DNA from: Candidatus Marinacidobacterales bacterium
GTDB lineage: Bacteria; Acidobacteriota; Vicinamibacteria; Marinacidobacterales; DATDRI01
DNA: 64,000 nt
Direction: 5' to 3'
Assembly (NCBI GenBank): GCA_965219415.1
Contig: CBDCNP010000002.1
Span: 2,496,001 to 2,560,000 of the forward strand
A program made the position numbers and the translations under genes. The notes under the pieces are model-generated. The model ran no database searches. It saw only the letters and a program-made list of their open reading frames with translations, and was not told the DNA's origin. Of this stretch, positions 43,735 through 53,859 are shown in pieces; the stretch's first letter is position 1, and each line of letters starts with the position of its first letter.

Positions 43735-45088
43735 GGGATCCGTCCCGCTTCCCGTGGAAATAAGAATGGCGTAACCTCCGGTTAAGCAAAACCAAACCAC
43801 GCCTGTAAAGGCGAGGAGGAGGATTACGCCATGAAGAAGCCTACCACCATATCGAAGGAGTCTGTAAGCGAGTACCGGGAGTTCGTCCAACTTCGGCTGC
43901 GTATGCGGGTACTGGAGGCGATCGAGGTTGTGCTCGAGGAAGAAGTCGACCAAGCGCTGGGGTGTTGTAGCTACGAGCGTGCGGAAGACCGCCGTGGATA
44001 TCGCAACGGAGCCGAAACCCGTCGCGTGACGACGTCGGTGGGAACTCGCGAGCTCCGGGTGCCACGAGCCCGCGTGCGAGACGAGGAAACGGGAGAAACG
44101 ACAGAGTTCAGGAGCGAGCTGTTGCTCCGGTACGCGCGCCGGACTCGTGAGGTCGACGAGGCGATCTTGGGGACGTACTTGTCGGGCGCGAATAGCCGCC
44201 GGATCCGCAAAGCGCTGAAACCACTGCTCGGTGAGGAGCACCTATCGAAGAGCGCGGTGTCTCGCGTGGTTAGCCGGCTGAAGGAGCGCTTCGAGGAATG
44301 GCAGAACCGTGCTCTCAGCGAGGAGGTCTACGCGATCGTTTACCTGGACGGCTTCCACCTGAAAGTGCGGATGGCGAAACGTGTGATCAGCGTACTCGTA
44401 CTGGCCGCGCTCGGGGTCGCGCCAGACGGGCAGAAACGTCTGTTGTCATTGCGTCTGGCGGTGAGCGAAGCCTCGACGCATTGGGGCTCCGTGCTGGAGG
44501 GACTCCAGGCTCCCAAGCTAGTGATCAGCGACGGCCACAAGGGGCTGACGAAAGCGCTGGAGAAGTGGCCGGGGTGCCGGTTGCAGCGATGTACCGAGCA
44601 CAAGCGCGCCAACTTGCTCCAACATTGCCCGGCGCACGCACGCCGTGAGCTCCGGCGTGACTACAACCGGATCGTCTACGCCAAGAACGGGTTCGATGCT
44701 CGCAAAGCCTATGACGAGCTCGTCGCCAAGTGGACGCCTCTCGCGCCGGCCGTCGTCCGAAGCCTAGAGGAGGCCGGTAATCAGCTGCTGACCTTCTACG
44801 AATTCCCTCGTGCCATGTGGAAATCGACTCGAACGACCAATGCTCTGGAGAATCTCAACCTCGAGTTTCGACGCCGGACGAAAACCCAAGCGTCGTTCTC
44901 CAGCGAGGAGTCTGCGGTCGCTTTGCTGTTTGGGCTTATCGCCTCTGGCCAGATTCAACTACGACGCATCGACGGCTACCAACGTCTGAGCGAGGTTCTC
45001 GAACACGCGGAGGTTCCCGCCTGATATGATACTCTGATGACGGAGTGGAGGGCACCGTTCTTTTTCCACGGACCTCGGGACACATCCC
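43735..45088 (+). mobile_element. third IS256-family element; transposase 43831-45024
   Basis: YRNG, YLDG, ISDGHKG, QRCTEHK and TTNALE motifs; IRs GGGAT..GTCCCG...CCGTGGAAA / TTTCCACGG...CGGGAC..ATCCC; no TSD. Confidence 0.9.
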
Positions 45089-45135
45089 CGGGGCGGTTCA
45101 CTTTCAACGGTTGTGTTCGCGCCGGCAATCGAGTC

Positions 45136-45654
45136 TTACCAGAACCCATCCTTCCGCAGTTCCTCTTTACGATCCTCGGCCTGCGCTTCACGCTCGTACT
45201 GGTCAGCGACCCGTCTCAAGAGTTCCGCGGTCCGCGTCCAACGCTGATTGAGTGAAGCTGACCGAGCTGAATACTGAGCCGCTAAACGCCGTTCCTGGCC
45301 ACCGCCACCCAGTGGATCGCGGCTCACTACACCGCGACTGTTGTAGATCTCGATTTCAAGCCCGTCTTCGATCTGCGGATTCTTGAGCTGCTCGAGGATC
45401 TTGCGTAGCGCCCTCGTGAGGCCAGATACCATCCCCGCCCAGTCGGAACGTACCTGAGGATCCGTCCAATGTACTGCTCAGCCACCGTGCGTCGGCGTGC
45501 CGCACTGGAAAGTTCCAATGTCTGTCCGATCCACGCAACAAGCACATCAGCATCCATCGTAGAAGCATCGGCAGAAACGCCGGGCGGTGTCTTCCAGCTT
45601 CCAAGAACGGCGTACGCCGTCTGCGCACGCCGCGCATCAGCCTCCGACACTTCG
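45136..45654 (-). pseudogene. C-terminal fragment of a large conserved protein (NSRG...GGxQER motif)
   Basis: DGIWPHE...IYNSRGVVSR...GGGQERRLAAQY split over several frames; cut by the MITE. Confidence 0.6.
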
Positions 45655-45820
45655 GGTGCTTGCGCTGTTTGCTGTTGGTGATGTGTACGTATCCCTTTGC
45701 AAAAAAAGAGCTTACGCTCCATTTAGCACGCAGCGAAAATCGTGAGCGCTATTTTAGCTGTAATTTAATGCAGCGTAAAGTCTTAGCGTCATTTTACCAA
45801 CACTTAATGGCGGAAGCACC
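45655..45820. repeat. IS1-derived MITE copy 3
   Basis: Direct homolog of 34296-34460. Confidence 0.88.
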
Positions 45821-46326
45821 ACCGGTTGATTAACTTGGCATCAGAAGACTTGAGAGTGTGAGCCAGTTCGAACTTCATTGGAGTGACGTTAGTCGAGTGA
45901 CGAGTGAAGTAGGACGGTATTATAAACGCTTCGATGTAGTTCACGACCGTGTTTCTTAACATTCGTCGGGTTGGCCAACCGCGACCCCGGGCGAAGATCT
46001 GGATCCAGGTCTGGGAAAAGAGGACATCAAGGAGGCTGGACCGCACCTGGACCAGAACGTGCTAGCCTGCTGCGCGGCGGTAGCCACGACCTCGATTCTG
46101 GGCCTCTCGGGCGGCCTCCTTTCCGCTACTGCACGACCCTGTCAGCGCCCGTTTTCCTATTTGGCGCAAAGGTGTCCCTCGAAAATCGGAATTAGAGACG
46201 AAAACCGAAAATGGGGCCCTTTCCGCCCTTCTAGCGCGTCTCTGGTGACACCTATCCCTGCAAAACCCCGCCAACCGCGCGAAAAATCTCATCCGTCTCT
46301 GCAGTGCCACAATTGGGCAGACTGGG

Positions 46327-46422
46327 TGGCGGAGAGGGTGGGATTCGAACCCACGTGCCCGGTTACTAACCGGACAAGACGCTTTCGAGGCGCCCCCGTT
46401 ACGACCACTTCGGTACCTCTCC
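46327..46422 (-). tRNA. tRNA-Ser(CGA)
   Basis: GGAGAGG acceptor stem, anticodon arm GGCGC-CTCGAAA-GCGTC, long variable arm, GGTTCGAATCC, encoded CCA. Confidence 0.96.
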
Positions 46423-46485
46423 GCGCGAGTGCCCGTCGATTCGACGACGTTGTTAAAGGTAGGATTGGGTCTCTAGAGCTTCCTC

Positions 46486-46920
46486 CTATATGTGATCCCG
46501 CCGGTGGCGGAAAAAGTCCTGCATCAGTTTTCGGCAGTCATGCTCGAGAACACCGGAAATGACTGCCAGCCGGTGCGGCACCCGGATGCTTTCTAGATTC
46601 AAAATAGATTCCACGGCCCCGAACTTGGGCTCCTTCGCTCCGTAAACCAGCGTGCTGACCCGCGCGTGAACGATGGCTCCGATGCACATCAGGCACGGCT
46701 CCACCGTTACATATAGCGTCAACCCCCGGAGTCGATAATCCCCAAGCTCCTTCGCGGCTTGGCGAATGGCGACCAGCTCGGCGTGCGCTGTGGGGTCGAC
46801 CGAATGGATGGGCTGATTGAACCCCGTCGCGACGATCTCCTGGTCCTTGGCTAGAATGGCGCCTATCGGCACCTCTCCCAAGTGGAGTGCTTTATGCGCC
46901 GCCTCCAGGGCGTGTTGCAT
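46486..46920 (-). CDS. tadA: tRNA adenosine(34) deaminase (start approximate)
   Basis: EVPIGA, DPTAHAE and VTVEPCLMC motifs. Confidence 0.93.
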   Translation of the reverse strand: MQHALEAAHKALHLGEVPIGAILAKDQEIVATGFNQPIHSVDPTAHAELVAIRQAAKELGDYRLRGLTLYVTVEPCLMCIGAIVHARVSTLVYGAKEPKFGAVESILNLESIRVPHRLAVISGVLEHDCRKLMQDFFRHRRDHI

Positions 46921-47070
46921 TAGCTGTTCGTGCGTCCCGATCCCTGAGTCCTCAGCGACGATGTTTCCGCGCCTCGCCCAGTACCCCGAAAGTCACTCGT
47001 CGCAAGCACATTATATAGGAACCATCCGACTTCGCGCCCGATTGCCCACTGAAATCCTAACGGCCCGAGG

Positions 47071-47148
47071 TGCTAAAAATTTAGCAAAAAGACTTGACAG
47101 GTCGGAGCCTCAATGCTAAATTTCCAGCATAATGCTGAAATACTAGCA
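47071..47148 (+). promoter_or_regulatory. sigma70 promoter with three palindromic operators upstream of the blaI-like gene
   Basis: TTGACA(47094)-17-TAAATT; TGCTA-N6-TAGCA-like boxes at 47071, 47114 and 47133. Confidence 0.75.
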
Positions 47149-47177
47149 CGGGCGGAAATTCGAGGAGGCTAAGACAC

Positions 47178-47585
47178 GTGACAAAGAAACATTCGATGGG
47201 CGAGAAAGCGTATCTAGGTTTGAGCACCCGGGAAAGGCAAATCATGGACTTGTTGTATCGCTTCGGCCAAGCCACTGCGGCCGAAGTCCAGACCAACCTT
47301 CCCGATCCTCCGAGTTACTCGGCGGTGCGGGCCACGCTTCGCATCCTGGAAGAAAAGGGACACGTTAGCCACGACCAGGACGGCCCGCGCTACGTCTTCA
47401 CTCCTACCGTGGGGCAGGACAAGGCGAAGCGCTCTGCCATTCAGCACCTTCTTTACACCTTCTTTAACGGATCGACCGAGCAGGCGGTAGCCACGTTGCT
47501 GGACGACTCAACCGCCGATCTTTCGCCCGAAGAGCTGAGCCGCCTCGCAGAGCTGATCGACAAGGCGCGCGCGAAAGGAGCCTAG
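47178..47585 (+). CDS. BlaI/MecI/CopY family repressor
   Basis: LSTRERQIMD, YSAVRATLRILEEKG and FFNGS motifs. Confidence 0.92.
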   Translation: MTKKHSMGEKAYLGLSTRERQIMDLLYRFGQATAAEVQTNLPDPPSYSAVRATLRILEEKGHVSHDQDGPRYVFTPTVGQDKAKRSAIQHLLYTFFNGSTEQAVATLLDDSTADLSPEELSRLAELIDKARAKGA

Positions 47586-47587
47586 CC

Positions 47588-48560
47588 ATGTCTTGGACCC
47601 TCTTCACTGCGAACATCCTCGTCAAAGGATTCGTTATCCTAGGCGTGGCGACTCTGATGACCCTCGCACTACGACGAGCCTCGGCTGCAGCACGACATGC
47701 GGTTTGGGCCCTGGCGCTACTCAGTCTCCTGGCGTTGCCTTTCTTGTCCTCGGCGTTGCCCTCCTGGCGAATGCCGGTACCGGAGATGTTGCTGCCGGTC
47801 GCGCCTTCGTTCGAAGCACCTCGAGAGCTCAACCCGATGCCACTCCCTCCCAAGCTCGCCGCCGCGCACGAGCCGGCCGCTAGACACCAAGCGAAGGCAA
47901 CGGCCTCTTCTCGAACACCGATCACTTCGCCCCAGGATCCACGGCCATCGGGTGCTCCCTCAGAGCCGTCACCGATTCAGAGCTCCATGACCTGGCAAAC
48001 CTGGGATCCTCACGATCTGGCTGGGCGGTTTCGCGCTTTTCGCTTCGCGCATCCTCGTTGGGCTGGTTCGAAGCCGAATTGCCGTCCGCTCGGCAGCCGA
48101 GATCAAAGATCCCTCGTGGAAACTTCTGTGTGAAGAAATCGCAGATCGGTTCGAGATCGCGCAAAGAGTCAGGCTGCTACAAAGTCCCCGCTCAGCATTG
48201 CCTGTCACTTGTGGATTCTTCCGCTCCTCGGTGCTCCTACCAGAAAGCGCCAATGAATGGACGCTGGATAGGCGGCGGAGTGTGTTGCTTCATGAGATGG
48301 CTCACGTGAAGCGTCGGGACTGCCTCGTCCAGTTCTTGGCACAACTGACCTGCGCCGCACACTGGTGCAACCCGGCTGCGTGGTTTGCGGCAAGGGAGTT
48401 GCGGCGTGAGAGCGAGCGAGCCTGCGACGATCTGGTATTGCACGCCGGTACCCGCCCCTCCGACTACGCACACGACCTTCTCGACATGGCTCGGGCATTG
48501 ACCACCACTCCGACGCCCACCCTGGCCGCGGTCACACTCGCGCATCGTTCAAGACTGGAA
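47588..48560 (+). pseudogene. BlaR1-like M56 peptidase, frameshifted and 3'-deleted
   Basis: SAAARHAVW, LLHEMAHVKRRD and ERACDD spread over three frames. Confidence 0.85.
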
Positions 48561-50923
48561 ACGCCCCGGGTTCACGCTAGTGGCGGTTCTCACCTTGGCT
48601 CTGGGTATCGGCGGAACGACCGCGATCTTCAGCGTGGTGAACGCCGTCCTGCTTCGGCCACTTCCGTTCCCAGAGTCGGATCGTCTAGCGATGGTGTGGG
48701 AAAGAAAGTTAGGCGACCCCAGCGATCGGAACGTCGTCGCCCCGGGCAATTTCGTGGAATGGGACGCACAGCAGGGCGTCTTCGAGCAAGTGGCCGGTTT
48801 CTGGCGAAGCTTGTTCATCCTTACCGGTGAAGGGGATCCGGAAGAGCTGGTCGCCATCGTCACGTCACCCGGCATGTTCCAGCTGCTGGGCGTCGAGCCG
48901 ATCCTAGGAAGAACCTTCCACGGCTTCGGAGCCGAGGATCAGCAGGCGGTCGTGCTCAGCCATCGTTTCTGGCGGAATCGGTTTGGCGGCGACCCGGATA
49001 TCGTTGGAGACACCCTTACTCTAGACGGTGTACCTCAAACGGTCATCGGTGTCTTACCGCCGGGTCCTTCCCTCCTAGAAAGAAGACGTCGATTTGTGGA
49101 GGCCCACCGATTTCGCATGGGCGAATCGGACGGATATGGGTCGCTGGATTCGGGTCTTGGGTCGATTAAAGGAAGGGACGACCCTAGCGCAAGCCCAGGC
49201 CGAAATGGACACCATCGCCGCCCGTTTAGAAAAAGTAGATCCGAGCTTCAACACCGGGTGGCGCGTCAACGTCGTGCCACTCGGTGAAGAGCTGGTCGGC
49301 AACATTCGCCTCTCCCTTCTCGTTCTGTTGGGAGCGGTCGGCTTCCTTCTTCTTATTGCTTGTACCAATGTCGCGAACTTGTTCCTCGTTCGGGGCGCCG
49401 CTCGGCGTAAGGAGATCGCGGTGCGCGCCGCCTTGGGTGCAGGACGCGGACGCTTGGTTCAGGAGCTTCTCACCGAGACCATGCTCCTTGCCGGGTTCGG
49501 CGGAGTGGCCGGTTTGGGGTTAGCCATTTTCGGAATTCCTCTTCTCCTCTCTCTGGTCCCGACCGATCTGTTTCTCCCGCGCGCCGAGTCCATCGGTGTG
49601 GACAAGGCTGTGCTTGGCTTTGCCATGCTCTTGTCGCTCCTCACCGGCACTGTTTTCGGGTTGATCCCAGCTCTCGAAGGCTCGCGGTTCGATGTCAATC
49701 AAGCGCTGCGTGAAGGAGGGAGAAATGTGGGTGAGGGAGCCCGAGGACGGCGTTTTCGAGCCGGGCTGGTCATCGCGGAGGTCGCCCTGGCTCTGATGCT
49801 TCTCGTGGGTGCGGGTCTCCTCGTTCGCAGCCTGATGAGCCTCCATCGAGTGGAGACCAGGCTCGATCCCGGGGGCGTCCTCACGGCTCGAGTCGTACTT
49901 CCGCGGCGCACGTATGAGGAGGACCCGCAGCGGGTCGTGTTCTTCAAAGATGTTCTGGAGCGTGTTCGCTCGTTACCCGGCGTGATCTCCGCCAGCGCGA
50001 TTCAGTGGCTTCCTTTTAGCGGACAGAGCTCCGCCACTGATTTCAAGATCGAAGCCTTGCCAGAGCCACCGCCTGGTGAGTGGCCGGTCACGGCCATTCG
50101 GGTTGTCTCGCTCGACTATTTCCGCGCCGTACGAACTCCGTTGTTAAAGGGGAGAACGTTCACCGAACGAGACCACGCCGACGCACCCGCGGTGGCGGTC
50201 ATCAACAAGACGTTGGCCGAACAGTTCTGGCCCGGCGAAGACCCGATTGGAAAACGCCTCGCCTACAGTTGGGACGATCTCGTGTCCGTCGAGGTCATCG
50301 GCGTAGTCGGCGACGTTCGACACAATGGTCTAGATACTGATCTCTCGCCCGCACTTTTCCGGCCCCATCAACAGATGCCGTCCAACTACATGAACCTCGT
50401 GGTGCGAACCTCCGGCGATCCCGCGATGCTCACACCGGTCATCCGAGGCGTAGTTCAAGCCGTCGACACCGACCAGCCGATTGCGGAAGTACGGACCTTG
50501 GACAGCATCGTGGCGCGATCCATCGGCCAACCACGTTTCAACACTTTGCTGCTCGTTCAGTTTGCAGCGCTGGCTTTACTTCTGGCGGCGGTGGGCATCT
50601 ACGGAGTGATGTCAGACTTCGTGATGCAGAGAACAAAAGAGATCGGTGTTCGCATGGCAGTGGGCGCCCGTGCCACCGACGTTCTGAAGATGGTGCTCGG
50701 CAAGGGCTTGGTTCTCGTGACCTTGGGCTTGTCTATCGGAATCGCCGGCGCCTTGGCGCTGACCCGCTTGTTGGAAAGTCTCTTGTTCGGTGTCACCCCG
50801 GCCGACGTGGCAACGTACGTCGCCGTGGCGTTCCTCTTGAGCCTCGTCGCCGTCGTCGCCATCCTCCTGCCTGCCCTTCGCGCCACCAGAGTCGATCCCC
50901 TCACCGCTCTCCACTACGAGTAA
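48557..50923 (+). pseudogene. ADOP/MacB-FtsX duplicated ABC permease, 5'-deleted, frameshift near 49080
   Basis: [37 protein letters not shown] and VDPLTALHYE motifs. Confidence 0.88.
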
Positions 50924-50932
50924 ACTAGGCTC

Positions 50933-52168
50933 ATGAGCCTCACCGTTGACACCGTGATCGTTGACGGCATCGTCGCAACCCTGAAGCCCGGATCTGAACC
51001 GTACGGGCAGCTCAGTGATGCCGTCATCGGGATCACCGACGGCCGCATCAGCTATGTCGGTCCGGAGGTCGGTGTCGAAGCAAGGAAGCGCTGGTCGGTC
51101 GGCGGCCGGCTGGTCACACCCGCCCTCATCGACTGTCACACCCACCTCGTGTTCGGAGGCGAACGCATCACCGAGTTCGAGCGACGACTCGGCGGCGCCA
51201 CCTACGAGGAGATCGCCAGCGCCGGCGGTGGAATTCTTTCGACAGTCGCAGCCACCAGAGCGGCGTCGGACGACGAGCTTTTTGACTCCGGCGCTCGTCA
51301 CATCCGCTGGCTACTGCAGAGCGGCGTCGCCACGGTGGAGATCAAATCGGGCTACGGGCTGGATGCCCACCATGAGCTACGGATGTTGCGTGTGGCCCGA
51401 CGTCTCGGCGAAGCGTTGCCGGTGCGGGTCGTGACGTCACTCCTCGCGGCTCACGCCATCCCTCCCGAACATCGAGCCGATCCGAACCGATATATCTCCG
51501 TGATCTGCGAAGACATGATCCCGGCCGCAGCCGAAGAGCGTTTGGCCGACGCGGTGGATGCGTTCAGCGAACGAATTGCATTCACGCCGGCACAGGTCCG
51601 CCGAGTCTTCGACGCCGCACGCGACGCCCATCTGGCCGTGCGATTGCACGCCGACCAGTTAAGCGACTTGGGCGGTGCCGCGTTGGCAGCCGAGTATGAC
51701 GCGCTGTCTGCGGATCACCTCGAACATGCGTCCGATGCGGGCTTGAAAGCCTTGGCGACGGCGGGCACGGTCGCGGTACTCATCCCCGGTGCGTCGGCGT
51801 TCTTGAACGAAGAGGCCCGCCCACCGATCGCAAGGATGCGGGAGGCGGGCGTGCGGATTGCGGTTTCGACCGATCTCAATCCCGGGACCGCTCCCTTCGG
51901 CTCGCTGCAAGAAACCATGGCTTTGGCCAGCGCTCGCTTCCGTCTAACGCCTGAGGAGACGCTGGCGGGAACCACTCGCCATGCGGCAGCCGCCCTCGGT
52001 TTGGGGGACACTGGCGTCATCGAGCCCGACATGCGAGCCGACCTTGCAGTTTGGGACGTGAAGTCGCCGGCCGCTTTGTCCTACTGGACCGGGGCGCCGC
52101 TTTGCACCGAGGTTTGGACCGATGGCGTCCTCCACTACGCGAGAGACACGAGCTCCCTTCCTCATTGA
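50933..52168 (+). CDS. hutI: imidazolonepropionase
   Basis: IDCHTHLVFGG, GGGILSTV, EIKSGYGL, LHADQL, SADHLE and TDLNPG motifs. Confidence 0.93.
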   Translation: MSLTVDTVIVDGIVATLKPGSEPYGQLSDAVIGITDGRISYVGPEVGVEARKRWSVGGRLVTPALIDCHTHLVFGGERITEFERRLGGATYEEIASAGGGILSTVAATRAASDDELFDSGARHIRWLLQSGVATVEIKSGYGLDAHHELRMLRVARRLGEALPVRVVTSLLAAHAIPPEHRADPNRYISVICEDMIPAAAEERLADAVDAFSERIAFTPAQVRRVFDAARDAHLAVRLHADQLSDLGGAALAAEYDALSADHLEHASDAGLKALATAGTVAVLIPGASAFLNEEARPPIARMREAGVRIAVSTDLNPGTAPFGSLQETMALASARFRLTPEETLAGTTRHAAAALGLGDTGVIEPDMRADLAVWDVKSPAALSYWTGAPLCTEVWTDGVLHYARDTSSLPH

Positions 52169-52319
52169 CAGTTAGGGGTCCGCCCCCTATCATGTAATCA
52201 AATACAAAATTCAAACCTTTTCAGAATTTCCTGCGACGCACTGACTACGTTTTGCGGTGATTCCACCTGTCTTCAGATACGGTGCACAGCCGAAGACAAC
52301 AACTAGAAGAGGGGGTCCT

Positions 52320-52520
52320 ATGAATCAGGCGCGTGCTATGTGGGCGATGTTGACCGTCGCAGCGACTTACCTTGGTGTAACCGGAGCCTTCGCTCTCCTG
52401 GCTTTTATCGGCCTCGTCCCCTGGACCGAGGCCAGCGAGGTCGTCGAGGCCTTCTCCGCCTTGTCGAGCCTCGGCGTAGGCGGGGTCATCGGGCTTTATT
52501 TGGGCTCCGGTCCCTCCTAG
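52320..52520 (+). CDS. small two-helix membrane protein
   Basis: 66 aa hydrophobic ORF with a purine-rich RBS. Confidence 0.5.
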   Translation: MNQARAMWAMLTVAATYLGVTGAFALLAFIGLVPWTEASEVVEAFSALSSLGVGGVIGLYLGSGPS

Positions 52521-52935
52521 CACCCATCAGTAGCGACACTACAAAACAAAGCAAGATGAACCCGATCGTGACGATCGGCGGGTAGATGAAGTACGCGATG
52601 CTGATGGCGAGAAGACCCGCCGTATAACCTGCGGCCATCCAGGTCACGGTTCGAAGGAACGCGTGATCGTCGCCCCGCGCTCGGACCACGACAAGATTCA
52701 GCACTCCAACGAAGACCAGACTGGCCGCCAAGATCAAGCTGTATCCCTTTAGAAAATCCATCATCGAGCGCTCGATCCCACCGAAGTCGAAGCGGTAGGT
52801 GGTCATCAGCTCGAGCAGCGTCTCCTCGGCCTCGTTAGCGGGCTCCGCGTCGGCGAAGTGACCTAGCGTGTGGAGTCCCGCCGTCACGACCATCCCGTAC
52901 GAGGCCAGCTTGAACCAGAAGGTGCTCTTCTTCAT
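52486..52935 (-). CDS. hypothetical multi-TM membrane protein
   Basis: Hydrophobic segments; 13 bp downstream of the ArsR-SRPBCC gene. Confidence 0.75.
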   Translation of the reverse strand: MKKSTFWFKLASYGMVVTAGLHTLGHFADAEPANEAEETLLELMTTYRFDFGGIERSMMDFLKGYSLILAASLVFVGVLNLVVVRARGDDHAFLRTVTWMAAGYTAGLLAISIAYFIYPPIVTIGFILLCFVVSLLMGARRDRSPNKAR

Positions 52936-52948
52936 GTCTTACGCGCGC

Positions 52949-53740
52949 CTATTGGATCAGGTGGGTCGGCAGTGGCTCTCCGGTCTCGAGTAGAGTCTTC
53001 AAGCTGTTGAGAAGAATGGGCCACCCTCCGAAAGTCTCCTTGTAAGTCTTGGTTTCCCCGTCGAACTCATCGTGGATCACGGTGAGCTTCACCAGGTCCG
53101 AGTCTCCGAAACGCCCGATTGTGTACGAGGCACGGGAGGGCTTATCTCCGTTTTGTGGGAAGGAGAAGGTGTGAACGAGTTTCTTTCCCGGTACGACTTC
53201 GAGAATCTTTCCTGTGAGCGCCGATACTTTCTCTCCCTTCTCGTCTTTCATGAAGTAGTTCAACGACGAACCGGGTTCTAGGTCGCTTTCGATCTCGGTG
53301 CCATAAAAGTACTGCCGTGTTCGATCGGGATTAACGAGCGCGTCCCAGACCTTTTCGGGAGTCGAGCGGATATAGAGCACATAAACCTGCTGCAGCTTCG
53401 TTTCTGTGGTCACGGTTTCCTCCTTTTCGAGCCCGTACTTCAAGGCCGTCAACCTGGAAGCCCAGCGGGCGCTGTACTGGGACATCCAGCGGTCGGAAAT
53501 GGCCTGGATGGGGATCGCGTTGAGATAGAGCTCCTTGGTCTTGCCGTTCCGACGCCGCACGATGAGACCCGCGTCCTCCAGGACCCGAAGGTGCTTGAGG
53601 ACGGCATAGCGCGTGAAGGAGAAGTGGGAGGCAAGCTCTGAAACGGTCATTCCGGGCGTTTCCTTTACCAGATCCAGCATCATGCGACGATTGGCGTCGG
53701 CTAGTGCCTTAAATGTTTGACTATCAGAGACTTCATTCAT
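52949..53740 (-). CDS. ArsR-family HTH fused to SRPBCC/AHSA1 domain
   Basis: FKALADANRR...KHLRVLEDAGLI; IRSTPEKVWDAL...GWPILLNSLKTLLETG. Confidence 0.9.
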   Translation of the reverse strand: MNEVSDSQTFKALADANRRMMLDLVKETPGMTVSELASHFSFTRYAVLKHLRVLEDAGLIVRRRNGKTKELYLNAIPIQAISDRWMSQYSARWASRLTALKYGLEKEETVTTETKLQQVYVLYIRSTPEKVWDALVNPDRTRQYFYGTEIESDLEPGSSLNYFMKDEKGEKVSALTGKILEVVPGKKLVHTFSFPQNGDKPSRASYTIGRFGDSDLVKLTVIHDEFDGETKTYKETFGGWPILLNSLKTLLETGEPLPTHLIQ

Positions 53741-53830
53741 GTGAGCTATAAGTCACTTAATCATCGTCCCAGGGAAATATACGGACATAAAAGACGGATG
53801 TCAACATTAAAGTGACCTTTTAGTCACTTT
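53741..53830 (-). promoter_or_regulatory. promoter and paired GTGAC-N6-GTCAC operators for the ArsR-SRPBCC gene
   Basis: Minus-strand TTGACA(53804-53799)-17-TATATT; perfect AAAGTGAC-N6-GTCACTTT at 53809-53830; degenerate copy at 53741-53756. Confidence 0.7.
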
Positions 53831-53859
53831 TAATAGGTGCCACCCTTTTGTTGGCGAAG

